Part shown: positions 59,450 through 64,000 of the stretch, one piece after another
How the letters are laid out: each line of letters opens with the position of its first letter
Position numbering within the stretch: the stretch's first letter is position 1
Origin: Candidatus Omnitrophota bacterium
GTDB taxonomy: Bacteria > Omnitrophota > Gorgyraeia > Gygaellales > Profunditerraquicolaceae
Direction: 5' to 3'
Length of the DNA: 64,000 nt
Assembly (NCBI GenBank): GCA_016867115.1
Contig: VGKG01000001.1
Coordinates: 29,237-93,236 of the forward strand
Made by a program: the position numbers and the translations under genes
The notes under the pieces: model-generated
Database searches by the model: none
Seen by the model: the letters and a program-made list of their open reading frames with translations, nothing else
What the model was told of the DNA's origin: nothing

Positions 59450-59515
59450 CTCGATCCTCCTGTTGCTTTTATTATAATTCCAAAAAGCGAAAATACCAAG
59501 AAAAATAAAGCGGGC

Positions 59516-60268
59516 TTATTCGATGGCGAAACTCGCCGAGACTACCGCAGTCACCTTCTTATCAAGGGAACTTGTGTCATTGACCCCCCCGTCAGAGACC
59601 TCGGTGGAATTGACCGGAGTGATCTGGAAGACCCCCATCCGGGCTGAGCGCATAAAGCCGATCTTGTTTCCGGTGGCCTTGACCATGTTCTCGGCGCGCA
59701 GTTTCGCATTTTCCGTAGCCCGGGCGAGCATCTCGATCTTCAACTCATCGAGTTTGGTATAGAAATAATCCGGCGCAAGAGAAATAAACTCAACGCCCTG
59801 GTTGATCAACTCCGTGGATTCCCTCGATACTGCCGTGACCTTATCCACGTCGCCGGATTTGACCTCGACACTCTGGCTCAGGCGGTAGGCCTCGACTTCA
59901 TTGGTGTCAAAACCTTTATCGTTCTTCTTGTAAATAGTCTCCGTATCGATCTGCAGGAAGGTGATCTCATTTTCTTTGATGCCTTTAGAAACAAGGTATC
60001 CCTTTACCTTATCCAGATTTTCCTTCAGCGACTTATACGCCCCGGAAAGGGTCGCCTGGCGCGCAGAGAATGACCCCCTCCAGACGATCAGGTCGCTTTT
60101 AATATCCTTCTGCGCGGAACCGGTGACGTTAATGACCTCCTTGACAAACTTGGTGACCTTCAAAAAACCCTGCGACAGGATCACGCTTGAGGCTATCGTC
60201 GCCACCGCAATGCATACCCCAAGGACCACGATCTGCGTATTCTTCAAAAATCCGCCGTTCTCCCCCAT
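59516..60268 (-). CDS. SIMPL-domain (DUF541) protein
   Basis: TM helix, VTGSA..D, K..ML..A..NAK.RA, GVFQIT, K.V..VV...F. Confidence 0.85.
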   Translation of the reverse strand: MGENGGFLKNTQIVVLGVCIAVATIASSVILSQGFLKVTKFVKEVINVTGSAQKDIKSDLIVWRGSFSARQATLSGAYKSLKENLDKVKGYLVSKGIKENEITFLQIDTETIYKKNDKGFDTNEVEAYRLSQSVEVKSGDVDKVTAVSRESTELINQGVEFISLAPDYFYTKLDELKIEMLARATENAKLRAENMVKATGNKIGFMRSARMGVFQITPVNSTEVSDGGVNDTSSLDKKVTAVVSASFAIE

Positions 60269-60363
60269 ATCCGCCTCCTTATGCCTTAAAATGCCTTAAA
60301 CAGGCCCTCACCGTAGGGGCCACTGTTTATATCCCGATATCCCTCTTGTCGCGCTGAGATTGT

Positions 60364-61245
60364 CTATTTATTATAAGGCGGGATTATAATGTCCTTGGTC
60401 TGTTTTCTTACTTTTCCCCCGAAACTGCGGGAGTCAAACTTATCCGTCACCTCAAAAATGATCCTGCCGTTCTTAAGCCTCAAGAATTTATAAGAAACAG
60501 TAAGGTGGCGACTGTCAGTTAAGACACAGGACTCTCCCGGCTTCAAAACAGCTTCATCAATGACTGCGCCTTTCGGATCCAGCATCAGAAGCGTATAGCC
60601 GTAGCCGCTATTTTTGCTGTCGGCAAGGGTGATGCTTCCTCCGGAATTGATCCTGCATGAGGAGATCCCCGGGAGTTTTGAGGTCTTGCGGATATAATCA
60701 AACCTGCTGCGGTATCCTGCCTCTTCTTCTTCCTCTTGCGCCGGGCCAAGCTTTTTTAAGTTTTCTTTGACCTTTGCTTCGGCGACTTCTTTTCTTGCTT
60801 TTGCCCTTTTTAAGAGATCCGCGGCATCTTTTCTGATGATCCCTAATTCTTTCTCCCCGAGAATAATGCCCAGGTCCTGCATGATCCTGCCCCAGGACTT
60901 GGCTTCTCCTGCTTTGTACTCATCCGCTATCGCATCTAACGGCCTGGCGCTTGAGCGGCTTATGGCAAGCGCGATAAAGGCATTGCGCAGATAGATCTTT
61001 TTGGCAAGGCCGGCGATCTTCTCCTGCGGTATCCCGTAAGTAGAGCTAAGATCCGCGATAAATCCGGATTCATCAAAAGACGCATTATAGCCGATGTCCT
61101 CGATCATCTGGTCAAGGTTGCGGTCTCCGGTGACCTTAAGCGGGCCGGTAGGCTCATAGGCATGCGCCTTAAAACCGGCTGCAAATACAAAGAGCATCAT
61201 CAATATAAAATATTTTTTCACTTCCTGCCTCCTTTTTGCGTCCAT
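60364..61245 (-). CDS. Secreted hypothetical protein
   Basis: Signal peptide (AHA), helical domain with SWG.I.QDLGI, poly-E linker, beta-rich C-terminus. Confidence 0.7.
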   Translation of the reverse strand: MDAKRRQEVKKYFILMMLFVFAAGFKAHAYEPTGPLKVTGDRNLDQMIEDIGYNASFDESGFIADLSSTYGIPQEKIAGLAKKIYLRNAFIALAISRSSARPLDAIADEYKAGEAKSWGRIMQDLGIILGEKELGIIRKDAADLLKRAKARKEVAEAKVKENLKKLGPAQEEEEEAGYRSRFDYIRKTSKLPGISSCRINSGGSITLADSKNSGYGYTLLMLDPKGAVIDEAVLKPGESCVLTDSRHLTVSYKFLRLKNGRIIFEVTDKFDSRSFGGKVRKQTKDIIIPPYNK

Positions 61246-61255
61246 GCGCAGCCCC

Positions 61256-62914
61256 TTACGGCCCGATCTGGCGCAGTTTATTCAGGACTTCCGACATATT
61301 AAAGATGGCCAGAGTAAGCTGGGAGACTGCCTCGGAGACCTTATCAGGCTCAAGGGAATAAATCAGCTCCCGGAACTCTTCCATCCTGGAGAACATATCT
61401 TCGCCTCCCAGCGCGTATATCTTATACACTTTTGCGCGGGCAAGATCCCCTTTTTCCTCGGCGATATAGGAGCGCGCCTCCATGCGCCGGCTAAGATAGG
61501 CGATCCTTGATACCGCATCCTCTGCCCGGTCAAACTTCCCGGCCCTGGTCCAGGCCCTGGCCAACTGCGCATAAGCATCGTATTGGCTCTCTTTATTCAG
61601 TAAGCTGACCAGCTTTTCCGCGGCAGAAGGATTTCCGGAGTTTATCCGGGCGGCGACCATGGCAAGATAAATACCCTGAATCAGGCCCGGTTTATACACC
61701 TTCTGATACGCCGCATCCTTCGGTTGATAATCTTTTTCAATGCGCTCTGCTATTTTCTTGGCAGCGGCGGACTCTCCGGCTGCTGCCTGACCTTCTGCCA
61801 AAGCAGCCAGCGCGCTGTAACGGCTATACTCATCCTGCCCTTTAAACTGCTCGATGAACTCATCCGGCATCGGCCTTCCGTCATGGGTAGTAATAGCGCT
61901 GTAATCCGGGGCCTTGTTAAAAACCTTCCAGGCGAGCTCCTCCGCGGTCTTCAATGTATTTTTCGCAGCCTTCTTATCCCCGGAAGCAGCCTGCGCCTTT
62001 ATTATCTTGACGTAAGGCCTGACACCCAGGCCGAATGTCTGCGCTATCCTTAAGGCAGCGCCTGTATCAGGCGCTTCAAGCAAAAAGCCAACCACATCTT
62101 CGGCGGCACTTGATTGTTCATAAGCATCATCTATCTCGCTGACCGTCTCTTCCGCCGCGGTAAGGTCTCCCATGGACAGCTGCGCCATGGCTATGCCTGC
62201 CAGTCCGTCGTTTTTAATCGTTCTCGTGCTGTATTTGCACTCTTGGGCCTTGCGCTCCACAAACCTCCTGGCCTCCTCAATACCCCGGTCCTCAGCCACA
62301 GCCTTGACCAGCGCGCTAAAATCTGCGGAGTTCATGGAATCAGGCGGGATAAGTTCGCTTAACCTGACTGCTTCTGCGGTATCTCCCAGTGAAAGCTCCA
62401 CTTCCACTACCAGCCAGAAATCCTTCCAATCCCAGCCCTCAAGAAAACCGCTAGGTATCTGTTTGACCGCATCTTCTGTCTGGCCGATGAATGACCGGAT
62501 ACACTCAAGCACCAGCTCATCCAGCTGCTGTATCCTGCGCTGCACTGCCTCTCTGTTTTGCGCATCGGGCTTAAGGATCAAATACGCCCTGTACCAGGCA
62601 AGGCTCTTGATATCGTTATTTCCCAGCTTGTCGCTGGCCAGGGCAAGATTGAATATTGCCGCCGGGTCAAAAGGAGAATACTGCAGCGCAGACTGGAAAT
62701 ACGCCACAGCCGTCTTCCAGTCCTCTTTTTTTGCCGCTTCCAGGCCGCCGTTGATCATCTCCTGCGCTCCTGCCGAAGATTCATCCGCCTTAACCGCTCT
62801 GGCCGGATGGCGTGGCGGCTTTTTTACCTTAAGCATCCGGAAGGTGAATAAGGCTAAACCCAGCGCAATTACCGCAAAGATAACGGCGCCAAACCATAAA
62901 GGCCTATTCTTCAT
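61256..62914 (-). CDS. Membrane-anchored TPR/alpha-solenoid protein
   Basis: N-terminal TM helix; TPR (A..YF..AL..P......FNLA, Y..YL.L.PDA) followed by A..G...AA helical repeats. Confidence 0.8.
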   Translation of the reverse strand: MKNRPLWFGAVIFAVIALGLALFTFRMLKVKKPPRHPARAVKADESSAGAQEMINGGLEAAKKEDWKTAVAYFQSALQYSPFDPAAIFNLALASDKLGNNDIKSLAWYRAYLILKPDAQNREAVQRRIQQLDELVLECIRSFIGQTEDAVKQIPSGFLEGWDWKDFWLVVEVELSLGDTAEAVRLSELIPPDSMNSADFSALVKAVAEDRGIEEARRFVERKAQECKYSTRTIKNDGLAGIAMAQLSMGDLTAAEETVSEIDDAYEQSSAAEDVVGFLLEAPDTGAALRIAQTFGLGVRPYVKIIKAQAASGDKKAAKNTLKTAEELAWKVFNKAPDYSAITTHDGRPMPDEFIEQFKGQDEYSRYSALAALAEGQAAAGESAAAKKIAERIEKDYQPKDAAYQKVYKPGLIQGIYLAMVAARINSGNPSAAEKLVSLLNKESQYDAYAQLARAWTRAGKFDRAEDAVSRIAYLSRRMEARSYIAEEKGDLARAKVYKIYALGGEDMFSRMEEFRELIYSLEPDKVSEAVSQLTLAIFNMSEVLNKLRQIGP

Positions 62915-64000
62915 TTTTCCTCTTCATCATCCGCCCTGCATCCACGACGCCATGCATATAGTGGTATGTGTCGCGCACAGCCTGGTCTTCGGGATCAAGT
63001 TCATAAGCTTCTTTTGCATAGCCGTAAGCTGCCTCATGGTCATAGCGCAGATTCGCGATCAGGACCTGTACGAGCAGGCCGTCGATTTTTTTTGACTTCT
63101 CCTTATCTTCTTCTTTGGCGGCAAAGAATTCCTCCGTCATCTTTAACCAATCATCGGCAAACTGGTCTAAGGGATCGGGCCGCTTGGCCTTCTCTAATAT
63201 TTCATTCGCCTCCTGCAGTTTCAACCACTCTTCAGCTCGAGGCGTACCCTCAAAAAGCCCCAGCAGATCATCGGCCGTAGGTAGCTCAAGGGCCGGCACC
63301 ATTGTTTCCTCTGCGCGCATCCCCTCTATGTACCTGAGCGCGGTCCGGATATTCTTGTTATCCGTATATTCATCCGCCGCCTTCTTCAAATAAGAGATAC
63401 TCGCCTGCCAATCACCCTTGCCGTAGGTGATGGCATCTAAAAGCAGCGGCCACTGCGGGTTTAATTCCACCTTTCCCTCGCTCATGTCTTTGATATAGTT
63501 TACATAGTTTAAAGCCATTTGGATCCCCTTGTCGCCGGGAGCCTCTTCTTTAGCCTTATTAAGCATCTCGAGCGAATCGTCAAACTTCGATAACATGAGC
63601 GAAGAAGAAGCTATAGCCAGACGCGCCTTTATCTTCATCTCTCTTTCATCCTGCGCCTTTTTTTCTTTAAACTTATCCATCAGCTGGATCTCAAGGACCC
63701 CCATCAGGCTTTTAACGTAAGTCTGGCGATTGATCAGGTCAGCGCGCCTTACAGGGTCCTTCTCGTTTTTGATCCTGCCCTCAAGGTCCCAGTATTCCTT
63801 TTCCAGCTGCTGCATCTCGGCATTAGTCTCCTTACCCGAAGCCTCGGGCCCGCTTCCCGGCCTCAGAAGCGCGGTGGGGACTGCCACGGGTACGGACTTT
63901 TCATCTACCTTGGCAAAAATGGGCTTTTCCGGCTCGATAAATTGCAGCTCGCTTGAAGGCTGGCTTAATCGCTGGTCAAAATCAACCCTCAGGTTATCCA
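62904..64000 (-). CDS. TPR-like helical protein (5' end outside window)
   Basis: Frame stays open from 63887 to the window edge; three A....P.D..I..ALxY-type repeats. Confidence 0.7.
   Translation of the reverse strand, partial: DNLRVDFDQRLSQPSSELQFIEPEKPIFAKVDEKSVPVAVPTALLRPGSGPEASGKETNAEMQQLEKEYWDLEGRIKNEKDPVRRADLINRQTYVKSLMGVLEIQLMDKFKEKKAQDEREMKIKARLAIASSSLMLSKFDDSLEMLNKAKEEAPGDKGIQMALNYVNYIKDMSEGKVELNPQWPLLLDAITYGKGDWQASISYLKKAADEYTDNKNIRTALRYIEGMRAEETMVPALELPTADDLLGLFEGTPRAEEWLKLQEANEILEKAKRPDPLDQFADDWLKMTEEFFAAKEEDKEKSKKIDGLLVQVLIANLRYDHEAAYGYAKEAYELDPEDQAVRDTYHYMHGVVDAGRMMKRKNEE

Noticed and set aside
62172-63095. 307-aa plus-strand ORF and similar antisense ORFs (5190-5855, 55856-56494, 57742-58281)
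   Set aside because: Ser-rich mirror translations of well-supported minus-strand genes

Overview
Bacterial chromosomal core region, almost entirely on the minus strand; gene content and style are consistent with Ca. Omnitrophota/PVC (inference only). From right to left: accessory secreted/TPR/SIMPL/DUF5666/GemA-like genes and small ORFs; an alpha-glucan phosphorylase; a circularly permuted ATP-grasp ligase divergent from tldD-tldE; two aldolases; rpsO-pnp-ftsK-rodZ-rimO-pgsA-pgpA; an oppositely oriented cinA-thpR pair; an FMN-riboswitch-controlled riboflavin operon; tRNA-Pro(CGG); ligA, xerD, a tRNA nucleotidyltransferase, rbfA and ribF; a dcw cluster from mraZ to ftsA; then yggS-proC-mtnP-ileS-lspA-lgt-rluD and a partial aroA. 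Main observations: (1) several families of short, covarying, structured palindromic elements lie in intergenic DNA and inside RNA loops (the T-loop of a duplicated tRNA-Pro 3' end and loop L2 of the FMN aptamer); (2) the dcw cluster ends in a divergent ftsA followed by a PrsW-family protease, with no ftsZ in the window; (3) a TldD/TldE + CP-ATP-grasp module is driven by back-to-back, apparently leaderless promoters; (4) 7/8-mer repeats occur in frame inside housekeeping genes; (5) two small ORFs are missing from the ORF track.
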